A stretch of 64,000 nucleotides of DNA, from positions 1 through 64,000 of the forward strand of contig CAVSMN010000010.1 in assembly GCA_963729045.1 (NCBI GenBank), given 5' to 3'. Below are positions 12,552 to 24,372 of the stretch, piece by piece (position 1 is the first letter of the stretch; the number at the start of each line of letters is the position of its first letter). A program made the position numbers and the translations under genes. The DNA comes from an uncultured Nitrososphaeraceae archaeon. Its GTDB lineage: Archaea > Thermoproteota > Nitrososphaeria > Nitrososphaerales > Nitrososphaeraceae. A model generated the notes under the pieces. That model was not told the DNA's origin, made no database searches, and saw nothing but the letters and a program-made list of their open reading frames with translations.

Positions 12552-12800
12552 ATGGAAGTGGCAAACCACGACTGGACAAATCAATTCAATTCTATGTCGG
12601 TATGTACTTTCCCTGATTGCAGGAACGAGTCAAGATGTTTATGTTCAAAATGTCTAACCCTTTATTGCAACTTGCACTTGCAAATTCATTTGGCGAATTG
12701 TAATAGCATAGGAGAACCCTCTGGGAACAGCGAGAGAATTGAACACCATCAAATTAAAAACGAAATATCATGTGATCCAAGAAGCACATGCCTAATTTGA
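12552..12800 (+). CDS. Small zinc-finger-like protein
   Basis: Pattern CTFPDC..CLCSKC..YCNLH..H..C. ATG at 12552. Confidence 0.55.
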   Translation: MEVANHDWTNQFNSMSVCTFPDCRNESRCLCSKCLTLYCNLHLQIHLANCNSIGEPSGNSERIEHHQIKNEISCDPRSTCLI

Positions 12801-13076
12801 TAATGAAAATAGAGATTTCTGGATACTAAATAAATTATTAATTTCTTTTGTTTTTTTTTTGTTTGAAATTATTGCAGTAATTAGCTTGCTGTTAGGATAC
12901 GATGGATTATAGTAAGTTAGATTTGAAGATATTATGACAGCATTATTGACATGCATCCTAGTAATTCCACGCATGCATCAATTTGATAAAAATATTGTAT
13001 AGCAGATATTAAGAATAAATTGAAACAGTCAATTACAATAGGATTAAGGAATGGCAGAAAGTTGAATGTAGAATTA

Positions 13077-13484
13077 CTATCTATTTTTTATTGCTTCTAT
13101 CTGTCCATTATTAGCTTTTACAACTACTTTTTTAAATTCAGAATCGCCCCCATCAGGAGATACAAAGATTGATGCAAATGGCCCCATATTTCCTAAAGGT
13201 TGAATTTGATCGTCGTCAAACTGGACAGTAACGTTATTGATGGAATTGAAATTATTGTTACTTAATTTTACGCTTATTGTCTCGACAGGACCACCCCTTT
13301 GAATTATTTCGATATTTAATCCTGCTGTTGAAAAATATACGAACAAGACAACTGCTGCAACCACAACAAAACCAACAAAGATTATTCTGCGAATTAATTT
13401 ATAGAAATTTCGCTTTTTGCCTGATCTACCATTTTCAGGCGATCTACCATTTTCAGGCGATCCTTCATCATCCCAACGCCCCAT
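13077..13484 (-). CDS. Single-pass membrane protein with small beta-rich ectodomain
   Basis: A basic stretch followed by one TM helix. An 18-bp tandem repeat at 13423-13458 encodes SPENGR twice. Confidence 0.75.
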   Translation of the reverse strand: MGRWDDEGSPENGRSPENGRSGKKRNFYKLIRRIIFVGFVVVAAVVLFVYFSTAGLNIEIIQRGGPVETISVKLSNNNFNSINNVTVQFDDDQIQPLGNMGPFASIFVSPDGGDSEFKKVVVKANNGQIEAIKNR

Positions 13485-13751
13485 ATCTTATTGATAGATA
13501 TTTTTCATGCAATTAAGTGTTATATACTAAAATGATCTAGATTCCAACAAACATCTTTTTGATTCGATAATAGGGTTTTGCCTTTCCCATGTTGATATCA
13601 CCTATTCGTTTATGAATCATGTGGACTAAAGTAAAGCAGCAAAACATTATTTCTAACTAACTAGACAATTAGTCTATTTGGGATACATATGGTTAAACCA
13701 TTCGTATAAATGTACAAGTTTTAAACTTTTATCTACATTCATTTTTTGATC

Positions 13752-14633
13752 TCATTCGTTTAGAGAATCTCTTGATCCAAACTCATTCTTAAATCCATAT
13801 AGACTTGCCAGCCTTTTCACATCATTGTTAGTTATTTTACAAGACTGGTGGGCAAGCTTTAGACTATAAGGATATCCCTTGATGCTGTGATAGCACAAGC
13901 CATCGATCAAATTTTGAATTTCGGGTTGTGTAATATTTGCCCTATTAATAATTTCAATCTTTATAAGGGGAACATAGGCCGTTAGCCTTGCATATATCTC
14001 AACTACATCTAAATTATCAGAGATAAAGTTATTCTTGTTTGCAAGACTAAATCCCGTCTTGTAACCCAATTTATTATAATAATAAATATCAGCTGCTCGT
14101 GATCCATATTCCTTGAACTGGTTCTTTGATGTAGAATTTTTTGAAATAAACAAAATATCACTCTCTTCATCACTAGCAAAGAGGCCCTGAACGTTTTCTC
14201 TATAAGATACATTTTTGTTATGAACTAAATTAGATATTAAGGATCCATCGACACAAACATAATCGGGTTTTTGATCCAATACAGATTTAGTTAGATCGAT
14301 TTCCATTTTCATAGCTTTAGAACTCAGAGCATCACCAGTAATGTTAGAAATCCCATAATCCCATTTTGATCCCAAAACGTGATTATGTGAGCTTACAGCA
14401 GCACTATCAATAACAAACAGATCGATTCCTTGAAAGGATTTCTTATTCCAGCTACTATCAATGCCCACACTAAAGGATGGTTTTTTTGTAGGCTCATATT
14501 CCACCCACTTTGTAGATGCAATCTTTAAGAGATCGTCAAATTCATCTCCATGTATAGATGAAAGCTTTTTCTCCTTATTTTTTATAGCATCCAAATAAAG
14601 TTCGGACAGCAACATTATAGCCAACTCAAGCAC
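13752..14633 (-). CDS. nurA: NurA nuclease
   Basis: VGIDSS, VCVDGSL, FISKNS and GYPYSLKLAH match NurA motifs. Confidence 0.85.
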   Translation of the reverse strand: MLELAIMLLSELYLDAIKNKEKKLSSIHGDEFDDLLKIASTKWVEYEPTKKPSFSVGIDSSWNKKSFQGIDLFVIDSAAVSSHNHVLGSKWDYGISNITGDALSSKAMKMEIDLTKSVLDQKPDYVCVDGSLISNLVHNKNVSYRENVQGLFASDEESDILFISKNSTSKNQFKEYGSRAADIYYYNKLGYKTGFSLANKNNFISDNLDVVEIYARLTAYVPLIKIEIINRANITQPEIQNLIDGLCYHSIKGYPYSLKLAHQSCKITNNDVKRLASLYGFKNEFGSRDSLNE

Positions 14634-14720
14634 TAAATTTATTTATTATTCATCACAAACAAACCATAAATCAAAAGGTTAGGATAATTTACCTTTTAGT
14701 GCAAGGTAGTGCAAGGCAAG

Positions 14721-16704
14721 TCATAATTTAACTACGGAGAAGGATCTAAGGGATTCGGGATTTTCGACTAACAAAAGGTCATCTTTTGCAATGTCAATAT
14801 CTAAGAGTTTCTTACGCATCAATCTTCGTAATATCTTCCCCGATCGATTCTTTGGTAGTTCATTAACAAAATAAATGGCTTTAGGAAGTAGAAATTTACC
14901 AATCCTTTTTGTCAGGAGTTTTTCAAGATCTTTTTTTATTAAGGAGCTTGTCTGGTTTGTCATATTAGCATTCTTCAAAACACAGAAAATACATACAGAT
15001 TCACCGGTTAACTCGTCTGGAATGCCAACAGCAGCTGACTCAACGATTCCCGAATAGCTTGTTAATACCTCTTCAATTTCACTAGGATCAATCCTGTGTC
15101 CAGAAATTTTCATGACATCATCTATTCTGCCAGAGATATACCACATGTTTTGTGAGTCAGTCCGAACCTTATCACCATGATTCCAAATATTAGGAAATTT
15201 TGACCAATATGTATGTAGGTATCTTTCCTCATCATTTAGTATGCCTTTGGTCATCCCAGGCCACGGATTCCTAATTACGAGATATCCGTCATCAACGGAT
15301 TTACCTTGGTCATCTAAGATATCAACATCCAATCCCGGTACAGGCACACCTACAGATGTAGGTACATTGTCCAAGAATGGAAGCATACTTAGAATCGCGC
15401 CACCTACCTCAGTGCCACCTGACAAATTTATAACAGGACAACGATTGTTCCCTATTTTTGAAAAATACCAATTCCACGCTTCCTTATTCAATCTCTCTCC
15501 GGTGGAAACCAGTAGCCTAAGAGAAGAAAAGTGAAACTTGGAAAAATCAATCTTATTTCTCATAAATTGTCTAATTGCCGTTGGAGCAGCCCCAAATATT
15601 GTAACATGCAGATCATCAACTTGCTTTGCCCAATAATCCATAGATGGAAAGTCCAATGTATCTTCTAATATGACAGCAGTTGACCCTATTATAGGAGATC
15701 CATAAACTATCCATGTTTGACCAGTAATCCAACCTATGTCAGCATACCAAAGAATAGTATCATCAGATTTGAGATCTATCAAATATGATGATTGATGAGC
15801 AGAAAAAATAGAAAATCCTCCGTGTGTTTGAATTGTACCCTTTGGTTTTCCAGTCGTTCCTGAAGTGTATAAAATGAACAAAGGATCACCAGATTCCATC
15901 AGCTCTGCTTCGAATTTCTTGTTTGAATCATGTTTCCTAAATGCCTCATCATAAATTCGTTTAAAGGAAAAAACCCTATCATTAGGAGGATTATAAGACA
16001 TAGATTCCTCAGTTTCTGACACAATTATTTTTTTTACAAATGTATTGGATAACACATCTTCCCAGTGTGTTCTTAAATTAATTACTCTGCCCCTCCGTTG
16101 AAAAAAATCACTAGTAATTAAATATGAAGAATTTGAATCAACGAGTCTCTGTTCAAGTGCTGCCTTACCAAAACCGGAAAAAATTGGTACATGAACCGCT
16201 CCTAATTTTGAGATCGCATATAGCGCTACAAATGATTCCATTCTCATAGGAAGATAAATTCCTACTACGTCACCCTTTTTAACTCCGAGATCTCTTAGTG
16301 CACTTGCAAATACATTTACCCTTATTTCCAGCTCCTTAAAACTGAGCTTCTTCTTTATCCCATCCTGGTTAACAAAGATAAATGCAGTCTTATTTGGGTG
16401 TTTATTGATATTACTTTGAATAACATTATCGATAATGTTACATTTTCCTCCGACAAACCACTCGCACCAAGGTAGTCCCTTTTTGTACATCAACTACTTT
16501 ATTGAACGGCTCTCGCCATTTAATTCCAAGATCCTCGTTTACGGCCTTCCAATACCATTCAACATTTTCTATAGATTTCAGCAACAAATCCTCCAACGTA
16601 TCAATATTATTTTTCTCCATAAATCGAATTAAATTATTATCCTTTGTCAACTCCGATTTAGATGAATTAATTGAATAGTAAGGTACCTTTAGTTTTTTGA
16701 CCAT
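14721..16704 (-). CDS. AMP-forming acetate/acyl-CoA ligase (frameshift near 16490)
   Basis: YTSGTTGKPKG, WYADIGWITG, SGGTE, GRIDDVMKISGHRI and PKNRSGKILRR. The N-terminal piece is 16438-16704. Confidence 0.9.
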
Positions 16705-16789
16705 CTATATTTTAATCGTTTAGAATGCTTTTCAGATATATTAGTCTATTTTATAGTGAAATTAATCGCCTTTGATTTAAGTAATAAAA

Positions 16790-17452
16790 TTAATTGAGGG
16801 GATATTGAAAGTTGAACTCATTTTCCCTCACTTGTGCCTCGCTACCCCTATTCAGTGTATAAAAATAGGTTCCATTTACGTCGTATTCGTGTAAGGTAGA
16901 AGAATTTGAATTATTTGCATTTGCACCTAGGATTTTTCCTTGAGAATCAAAAAGTGAATTAGCGTCTTCGGTCAATGATTCTCTGTCACGAAGAACGATA
17001 CTTTGATTTCCTATTATTGTATACACTGATTCGAGAGAATCTACAAATCCCTCTGTTCTGGATCCTACATCTCCAGAGGCTATCCTCGCATTGTCAAGAT
17101 AAACATTATAGGTAACAGTTTCAAGGATTGCGGACCCCTTATTTGGATTATATACTTTGAAAACAGTTTCCAACCTAGATTCGTTGTTTACTGGTACCAC
17201 TTTAACCGAATCGACCGATAAAGATAAATTTTGGCTGTTGAGTTGCTGAGGGGTTAGTTCTGTTGTTTCTGGCGAATTAGATGGCGAAGGTTGATTTGAT
17301 TGGGCTGGTAAGTCATTCGTACCATTGACTACTGATTCAGGATTATTGTTTGATTGTGAATTCGGGGTTAAAAACCCTATGTTAAACAAATAGAAAACTA
17401 CTCCAATAATTATTATACCTATCCCAACTGCATATAAAACCCTCGCTTTCAT
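16790..17452 (-). CDS. Membrane-anchored LEA_2/WHy-like domain protein
   Basis: N-terminal TM, low-complexity linker, then FKVYNPN..ILETVTYNVYLD. Confidence 0.6.
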   Translation of the reverse strand: MKARVLYAVGIGIIIIGVVFYLFNIGFLTPNSQSNNNPESVVNGTNDLPAQSNQPSPSNSPETTELTPQQLNSQNLSLSVDSVKVVPVNNESRLETVFKVYNPNKGSAILETVTYNVYLDNARIASGDVGSRTEGFVDSLESVYTIIGNQSIVLRDRESLTEDANSLFDSQGKILGANANNSNSSTLHEYDVNGTYFYTLNRGSEAQVRENEFNFQYPLN

Positions 17453-17539
17453 AAATATGAGAATTTATCATTTGAGCCTATAAAATGGTTTAGAAAAAAT
17501 TTTAAGAATGAAACCAGATAATGTTATAAATTATACCAA

Positions 17540-18354
17540 ATGAGGTCTTTAACAAATGAAAAAGGGAAATGGGATGCGGAAAATTATCACAAAGTTTCTT
17601 CCATACAAGAAACATGGGCAATAGAACTATTATCTAAAAGGAAGTGGAATGGAAATGAGGTAATAATAGATGCAGGCTGTGGAAGTGGCAGGGTTACCAG
17701 AATCATCGCAAATATTTTGAAAAAAGGTAAAATCTACGCTATCGATCTGGATCAAAACATGATCGCAAAGGCAAAGATAAATCTAAAGGATCAAGAAAAT
17801 GTGATTTTTGTCAATTCAGACTTATCTACAGTAGAATTACCAGAACCAGTAGACATTATTTTTTCTAATGCAGTAATACATTGGATCAAAAATCATTACA
17901 AACTATTCTGTAACTTTTGGAAACTACTAAAGCAATCCGGAGAAATCTTAATTCAATGTGGTGGTAAAGGGAATCTAGGTACAGTCATACCTTTGTTAGA
18001 TTTGACAAGAGAAAGTAGTAAATTCAAAGGCTATTTTCTTGATTGGGAAGATCCATGGAATTTTGCCACCGCTGAAGAGACGTTTTCAATAATGGAAAGG
18101 ACGGGGTTTAAGAAGATTGAAACAGGTCTAACAAGAAAAATAGCAAAATTTTCCAGTTTTGAAGAATATAGACTGTTTATGAAAACAGTGGTAATGAAAC
18201 CATATTTATCGTATTTGCCTTCTGATCAGATATCATGGATTCTTTTATGGATTGTTTCTTTAAACATCAAAAGGGGAATATTAAAGGAATTTCTGAAGTT
18301 ATTACCGACTATGCTATAGACTACACAAGACTAAACATTAGTGCCATCAAGTGA
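17540..18354 (+). CDS. Class I SAM-dependent methyltransferase (Tam-like); C-terminal frameshift
   Basis: IIDAGCGSGR, IYAIDLD and DIIFSNAVIHW. An alternate frame ends IDYTRLNISAIK* at 18354. Confidence 0.85.
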
Positions 18355-18510
18355 ACCCATGCGTAGGAACACAATCGATGGCTAGAAAATATTGTTCTAG
18401 ACATCAGAGAATAAGATGAACATAGATTATTTGGAAGAAGAAATCAGATATCAAATGAAAATACGCCCAATGAGTCCGGTTCTAAAAATAGAAAGGTAAA
18501 TGAAAAATAA

Positions 18511-19587
18511 TCAAATGGTAACTGGATTGTCATTTTGCAAATAACTTCTAATAGGTGAAATTATTTTGTCTAGGTATCTGGAAGTTGCCGCCTTTAAATC
18601 CATGGGATGAATCTTGTCTTGTTCATAATCATTTTTAACCTCATTGTAAGAGAAGTATGACATGTTACCGCCATATTTTTGGGGCCGCTCCAATACAAAT
18701 TCCTTGAACTGATGGAATATTACATAGTTAATAATTTCTAAGACTGGGTTGTTCGCTGAAATCTTCGTTGGACAGTAAGCTTTTCTTATTTTTTTAGAAA
18801 TCTCATCATGAGTATCATGAATTAGTATACTACTAGACGGATTACTCTTGCTCATCTTACTAAAGATCTTTTGATCATCATCTAATGTTCCATCACCAGA
18901 TTCTGTGGTGGTGGCGTTAGAAGTAGCACTGGTAGAAACAGGCTCAGATAGACCAGGTAACAAGTGATGATGAACAGAAATGGGAACTTTCCAGCCTAGT
19001 TTTGGAAAAACTTCTCTCACCAACATATGGATCTTACGTTGATCGGTTCCTGCGTGAACAATATCCAAATCTAGGGCTTTGATATCCACAGATTGCATAG
19101 AAGGATAGAGAAGCTGGGAAAAATCAAGTGAATCTTTCTCTGTTCTTCCCATAATTGTTAACGATCTTAATGTTCTAGCAAGTGTAATTTGCTTTGAGAA
19201 AAGTACAAAATTTTTCCAATAATCATCAGTTTCCTCATAAAGCTTTGTACCATGAATAATATTAACGCCAGGGCAAAAAAATTTGAATGCTTTTTCATAA
19301 TAATCTGAAATTTTTGAAATTAATTCCCAATCACTATTTAGTTTGTTATTGATATAAGTATGCCAATCAGCTAGAAACACATTAGCCTGGACGCCGGCTT
19401 TAAGAAAATCGTTGATCTTAAAACCTGTAACTATAAGGCTACCTAAATGTAATCTTCCGGAAATTTCCAATCCTATATAATGTCTAGGCGTTGTTTTGTT
19501 TTCAAATAATGTAGCGAGTTCATTTGATGTTATTATTTCTTCTGTTGGAGGCCTCTCAATTAATCGGATCTTCTCTTCAACGTCCAT
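18511..19587 (-). CDS. tyrS: Tyrosine--tRNA ligase (archaeal)
   Basis: YIGLEISGRLHLG, LLYPSMQSVD, GTDQRK, KMSKS and HPMDLK. Confidence 0.95.
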   Translation of the reverse strand: MDVEEKIRLIERPPTEEIITSNELATLFENKTTPRHYIGLEISGRLHLGSLIVTGFKINDFLKAGVQANVFLADWHTYINNKLNSDWELISKISDYYEKAFKFFCPGVNIIHGTKLYEETDDYWKNFVLFSKQITLARTLRSLTIMGRTEKDSLDFSQLLYPSMQSVDIKALDLDIVHAGTDQRKIHMLVREVFPKLGWKVPISVHHHLLPGLSEPVSTSATSNATTTESGDGTLDDDQKIFSKMSKSNPSSSILIHDTHDEISKKIRKAYCPTKISANNPVLEIINYVIFHQFKEFVLERPQKYGGNMSYFSYNEVKNDYEQDKIHPMDLKAATSRYLDKIISPIRSYLQNDNPVTI

Positions 19588-19680
19588 TACAAAATTTTAA
19601 TATAGAGATTATTATAAATTGTTTAATTCAACATATTCTATTGAACAAGGCCGAATCAGGTTCTGAGTAAAGAGGTTGAG

Positions 19681-20847
19681 CTAATCTTTTAACTTGTTAA
19701 CTTTTATGCTGTTGAGCTTTCTTGGAAAAACATAAGTATCAGGTTCGGGCGTAGATAAAGTTGAATCAGAGACTGTAGATAAAGGATTTTTTTTACTACT
19801 TTCAATTGCAAACAATGGCTCGCAATTTACCTTAATGAATTTCTTCCTGCTGCGATATTTCTTGTCCATTCTGAAATAAAGATAATATTCTAGCACTCCT
19901 TCACGAACCCCGGTAGGACATACCAATAAATTGTTAAAATTTTGCTTATTTATCAATATTTTTACGATGAAACTACCGGTTGTAATTGTTTTAGCTCTTT
20001 CAGGGTCAACGGATTTTAGTTTTGATAATTCTTCAATAGATAGTCCTCTGAAAATAGTGTTTGCAAGGGTTATCATTCTTTTATCAAGTGCCGCTCGACT
20101 ATGATAAATAGATGGGGCTAAATCCATCATATGTGACATAAACTTGTAAATCGCTCTAATTGTTCCTCCTATTGCTACCATTTTTGTATCCGGAGATCTT
20201 TCCAAACTCAATTGATCATTTGAGGGGATATTTTCAATCAGAGATTTTTCCAATCTTTTGTAGTTAATATCGGACCAGGGTTTGCTCTCCTCTATACCAC
20301 TATTATAATTTACTAATTCTTCAGACAGTCTCAAAACACCCATATCCAAACAAATCGTTTTTAATATTCTAAAATTTTGAACATACATCAATTCTAAGCT
20401 ACCGCCACCTAGATCAAAGAACAAGCCATTAGGGATATGCATGTAGGATTGAGCACCCAAATATGAAAAAAATCCTTCTTCCGGTCCTGATAAAATATTA
20501 AATAGAAACCCAGTATTGTCTTCTAGGGTATCCACTACGAATTTCTGGTTAACTGCGTCCCTTACTGCACTAGTAGCTATTGGAATAACTACATCTATGT
20601 TCTTTTCTTTCAAATCTTTTTTAAAATTATCAAGTGCTTTGATTGTTCGATCAACATTTCTATCAGATATCATGTTGTCATTGCTATTTAATTCTGAACC
20701 GATTTGAACATAATCCTGTTTCTGATACTGTTTTTTGTAATGCCCATTTTTGTAAATATCATAAGTAGAAATTTTTATGGAATTATAACCAAGATCTATT
20801 ATAGCAAGACTTTCCTTTTTCCTAGACTCTATTGACTCGGCATACAA
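19681..20847 (-). CDS. ppx: Ppx/GppA family exopolyphosphatase
   Basis: IIDLGYNSIK, ATSAVRDA, EEG, DLGGGSLE and GVREG. Confidence 0.88.
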   Translation of the reverse strand: MYAESIESRKKESLAIIDLGYNSIKISTYDIYKNGHYKKQYQKQDYVQIGSELNSNDNMISDRNVDRTIKALDNFKKDLKEKNIDVVIPIATSAVRDAVNQKFVVDTLEDNTGFLFNILSGPEEGFFSYLGAQSYMHIPNGLFFDLGGGSLELMYVQNFRILKTICLDMGVLRLSEELVNYNSGIEESKPWSDINYKRLEKSLIENIPSNDQLSLERSPDTKMVAIGGTIRAIYKFMSHMMDLAPSIYHSRAALDKRMITLANTIFRGLSIEELSKLKSVDPERAKTITTGSFIVKILINKQNFNNLLVCPTGVREGVLEYYLYFRMDKKYRSRKKFIKVNCEPLFAIESSKKNPLSTVSDSTLSTPEPDTYVFPRKLNSIKVNKLKD

Positions 20848-20973
20848 ATATATTAAAAACTACAAAAAAGTAGTTTATTTAATTTTTTGTTTATAAGTTA
20901 TACAAAAAAACTATGCATAAAAGCCCTAGAGGAAAACAAGAAAATATGGAGAAAAGGTAGATAGATTAGCTTA

Positions 20974-23151
20974 TCATCGGTATTGTGAAAGCGTTAACTT
21001 TTCTCCGGGTTTCATATCTCTTTGAGTTTTTATCTTCTTTACAGCATCTTCGAAATGTTTCATTGTAACATGTGCCTCCGTTGCATGTTTTGCAGCGTCT
21101 TCAGGATTACTGTATTTTTGAAGATACTCGTGCAACACGAGTGAAATCGCCGTATTTGCAACTGCGGACATATCTGCGCCACTAAATCCATCAGTTAGCT
21201 CGGCAATTCTCTGTAAATTGACATCACTTGTTAATGGCTTTTCCTTTGCATATATTTCCAAGATCTTTAGCCTTGTACTTATATCGGGTTTTGGAACAAA
21301 AACTATCTTGTCGAATCTACCAGGTCTTAGCAATGCGCTGTCAATCATATCTAGACGGTTGGTTGCGGCTATTATAACTACGCCATTTAATTCCTGAATT
21401 CCATCCATTTCCGTTAGTAGTTGAGAAACCATTCGTTCGGTGCCCGCATTAACACCTTCCATTCCTCTGATAGGAGCAATGGAATCTATTTCATCAAAGA
21501 AAACAACACATGGTGCGGCTTGTCTTGCACGTCGGAAAATTTCTCTGACCCCTCTTTCGGATTCGCCTATCCATTTTGACAATAATTCCGGTCCTTTCAC
21601 GCTAATGAAATTAGCTTCAGATTCTGTAGCAACTGCCTTGGCAAGCATCGTTTTTCCGGTACCAGATGGACCATGCATCAGAATTCCTTTGGGTACAGAA
21701 TGACCTAGTTTTGTATAAAGATCTGGGTACCTTAATGGCCATTCCACTGCTTCCTGTAGCTCTCGTTTAACATCATCTAATCCACCTATATCATTCCATT
21801 CAACATCAGGAGATTCCAGATAAACTTCCCTCATGGCAGAGGGCATCACTTCTTTAAGAGCATTTTCAAAGTCAGACATTGATATAATCAATTTTTCAAG
21901 TGTCTCGGGCGGGATTTTCTCATCCTCCAAGTTAAGTTCAGGTAACAATCGTCTAAGACATTTCATTGCAGCCTCCTTACAGAGATATTCCAAATCTGCA
22001 CCAACAAAACCATGACTTACAGATGCTATTTTTTCTTGATTTACATCTGATTCTAAAGGCATATTTCTTGTATGAATTTGTAGGATTTCCAATCTACCAC
22101 GCTTATCAGGAACTTTAATTTCAATCTCTCGGTCAAATCGACCAGGTCTTCTTAGAGCTGGATCGATGGCATTTGGTCTATTTGTGGCAGCAATAACTAT
22201 AACTTTACCTCTTGCTTCCAATCCATCCATCAAAGATAATAACTGAGATACAACTCTACGTTCAACTTCTCCTGTTACTTCTTCTCGCTTTGGAGTTATA
22301 GAGTCTATTTCGTCGATAAATATTATAGAAGGAGCCTTTTCCTTGGTTTCTTTAAATATTTCACGCAGTCTTGCTTCAGATTCACCATAGAATTTGCTCA
22401 TTATTTCTGGACCAGAGATACTGATAAAGTGTGCATTACTTTCATTAGCCACTGCTTTTGCCAACAAGGTCTTACCGGTACCTGGAGGTCCATACAACAA
22501 CACTCCCTTTGGTGCCTCTATACCCAGTTTTTCAAATATTTCTGGATGTCGTAATGGCAGTTCAATCATTTCACGAACTTTTTGAATTTCCTCTTTTAGG
22601 CCACCAATATCTTCGTATGTAACTTGTGGTACTCCACGGAGAGTTTCTCCCCGTTCAGCGATATGAAATACAGTTTTTTGAGTAACTAAAACGGCATCAA
22701 CACCAGGACCTGGGGTGACACCTATGACTTGAAATGTAAGTCTACCACCAAAATATGGCACCATCACATTGTCGCCTTTGATTAATGGTACACTTTCAAG
22801 AGCATCAGCTAAATATCGTTCATCAATTGGAGGAATAGCTTCTAATGGTGCAACTATAACTTTTTCTGCAGGAACAGCTTTAATCTTTCTGACAATTACA
22901 GTGTCTCCTATAGCTACACCTGCATTATTTCTAACCAGACCATCAACTCGGATTATACCCTTACCTTCGTCCGAAGGATAAAGAGGTAAACATTTTGCAA
23001 CTGTTTTACGTTTACCTTTAATTTCCACGACATCACCTGTAGATGCGCTCAAAGCATCCATAGAATCATAATCAATTCTAGCAACACCACGGCCTACATC
23101 TCGGGTATAAGCTTCAAGCACCTTTAAAGAAAGAGTATTACTCTGAGACAT
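20974..23151 (-). CDS. cdc48: CDC48/VCP family AAA ATPase
   Basis: N-domain plus two AAA modules ([13 protein letters not shown] and [13 protein letters not shown]) with RPGRFD. Confidence 0.97.
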   Translation of the reverse strand: MSQSNTLSLKVLEAYTRDVGRGVARIDYDSMDALSASTGDVVEIKGKRKTVAKCLPLYPSDEGKGIIRVDGLVRNNAGVAIGDTVIVRKIKAVPAEKVIVAPLEAIPPIDERYLADALESVPLIKGDNVMVPYFGGRLTFQVIGVTPGPGVDAVLVTQKTVFHIAERGETLRGVPQVTYEDIGGLKEEIQKVREMIELPLRHPEIFEKLGIEAPKGVLLYGPPGTGKTLLAKAVANESNAHFISISGPEIMSKFYGESEARLREIFKETKEKAPSIIFIDEIDSITPKREEVTGEVERRVVSQLLSLMDGLEARGKVIVIAATNRPNAIDPALRRPGRFDREIEIKVPDKRGRLEILQIHTRNMPLESDVNQEKIASVSHGFVGADLEYLCKEAAMKCLRRLLPELNLEDEKIPPETLEKLIISMSDFENALKEVMPSAMREVYLESPDVEWNDIGGLDDVKRELQEAVEWPLRYPDLYTKLGHSVPKGILMHGPSGTGKTMLAKAVATESEANFISVKGPELLSKWIGESERGVREIFRRARQAAPCVVFFDEIDSIAPIRGMEGVNAGTERMVSQLLTEMDGIQELNGVVIIAATNRLDMIDSALLRPGRFDKIVFVPKPDISTRLKILEIYAKEKPLTSDVNLQRIAELTDGFSGADMSAVANTAISLVLHEYLQKYSNPEDAAKHATEAHVTMKHFEDAVKKIKTQRDMKPGEKLTLSQYR

Positions 23152-23338
23152 GATTACTACTTAATATTTAATAACATACTACTTATACACTTTTGTAAAA
23201 CAAACCCTAGCAAAAACAGGTATTTTATGAACCATAGAACGACACATCAACAAGACGATAAAACTTGGTTGCAGAACCAAAAAAATATGGGCTATGAATT
23301 GATGAAATAATTAAGATCGGTTAACCCGATCTCACAGT

Positions 23339-24235
23339 CTATTGTTTTACGAGGCCAACAATAGGTATGTTTACAAACTCTTTGGATAAGGGCGTTTGAC
23401 TGTCGAAATTAACAAACAACACGCTATTGTCGATAACCGATATCGACACACCTACACCCTTATAGTTATTTGTTTCATCAGAAATAGTTGCATTATTGGA
23501 CTTTATTTCTTGAATAACATCAATCTTACCCGAGTATGTTACATCTTCATTCTGTTGCTGAACAGAATTCCCCACAAAATTTGATAGATGATATGATGTC
23601 GTATTGCCTATGTCGTTATGGTTATCAGTTAATTGGGTACTGAAGCTGGTGTTATTATTAACTGCCGCAGTATCATTTCCAGAGTCAATAGACGTAGCCA
23701 AGTTATAATAGACAGGTTCCTCTATAAAGCTAGCATTAAAGTCCTTTGAACCATTATCCTTAGTAATTAAAGACCAATTACCGAACATAGTGTTTATAAT
23801 AACACCAGTATCTTGATTATACTCTGACCCTGCAATTGTCCCATTTAGATTAGCTTTGCCTGATCCGGAGTTAATGTTGTTAGTAGATGTAGTTGTAGTC
23901 GTCCCATCATCGCATGTATTTTTTGTTGTACTCGTTGTTTTACCATTATCGTTAGTTTGAGACTGAATTGAGATATTGTTATTACAATTATTGTTATTGT
24001 TATTGTTATTGTTATTATTGCTAGATTCAATGGTTGATTGAATGTTATCCTGAGTCTGTTTCATGAAATCATCTAAATTTAATTGCGCATTTACAGGAGC
24101 AATGTTAAAAGCAAGAGAGGTTGAAACCATTAGGATAGGAAGTATAAGGAAAATGAACTTATATTTACTTACATGGATGTCAAAATTACTATGATTTTGT
24201 AACATATTAAAACTATAGATTTTTTCACTAGACAT
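23339..24235 (-). CDS. Secreted Asn/Thr-rich protein
   Basis: Signal-like hydrophobic segment ending VNAQ and a poly-Asn tract. The C-terminal domain (GNWSL..F.ASF..YHLSNF..PIVG) resembles that of 11200-11650. Confidence 0.7.
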   Translation of the reverse strand: MSSEKIYSFNMLQNHSNFDIHVSKYKFIFLILPILMVSTSLAFNIAPVNAQLNLDDFMKQTQDNIQSTIESSNNNNNNNNNNNCNNNISIQSQTNDNGKTTSTTKNTCDDGTTTTTSTNNINSGSGKANLNGTIAGSEYNQDTGVIINTMFGNWSLITKDNGSKDFNASFIEEPVYYNLATSIDSGNDTAAVNNNTSFSTQLTDNHNDIGNTTSYHLSNFVGNSVQQQNEDVTYSGKIDVIQEIKSNNATISDETNNYKGVGVSISVIDNSVLFVNFDSQTPLSKEFVNIPIVGLVKQ

Positions 24236-24372
24236 TAATAATTCATATTTCTTATATGCAAAATATGATTTATGCTTTACTGAATAAAAGATAGGGATTT
24301 ATATTAGTTTATTTTCTTATATAAAATAATTATAAATGATTTTAGTGGTATTTGAATCCTTAGGTATTTTCC

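Noticed and set aside
21440..22981. Several + strand ORFs inside cdc48 (and similar ones inside acs, lysC, cobJ, GH38 and the YsnF genes)
   Set aside because: Antisense shadows of real genes.
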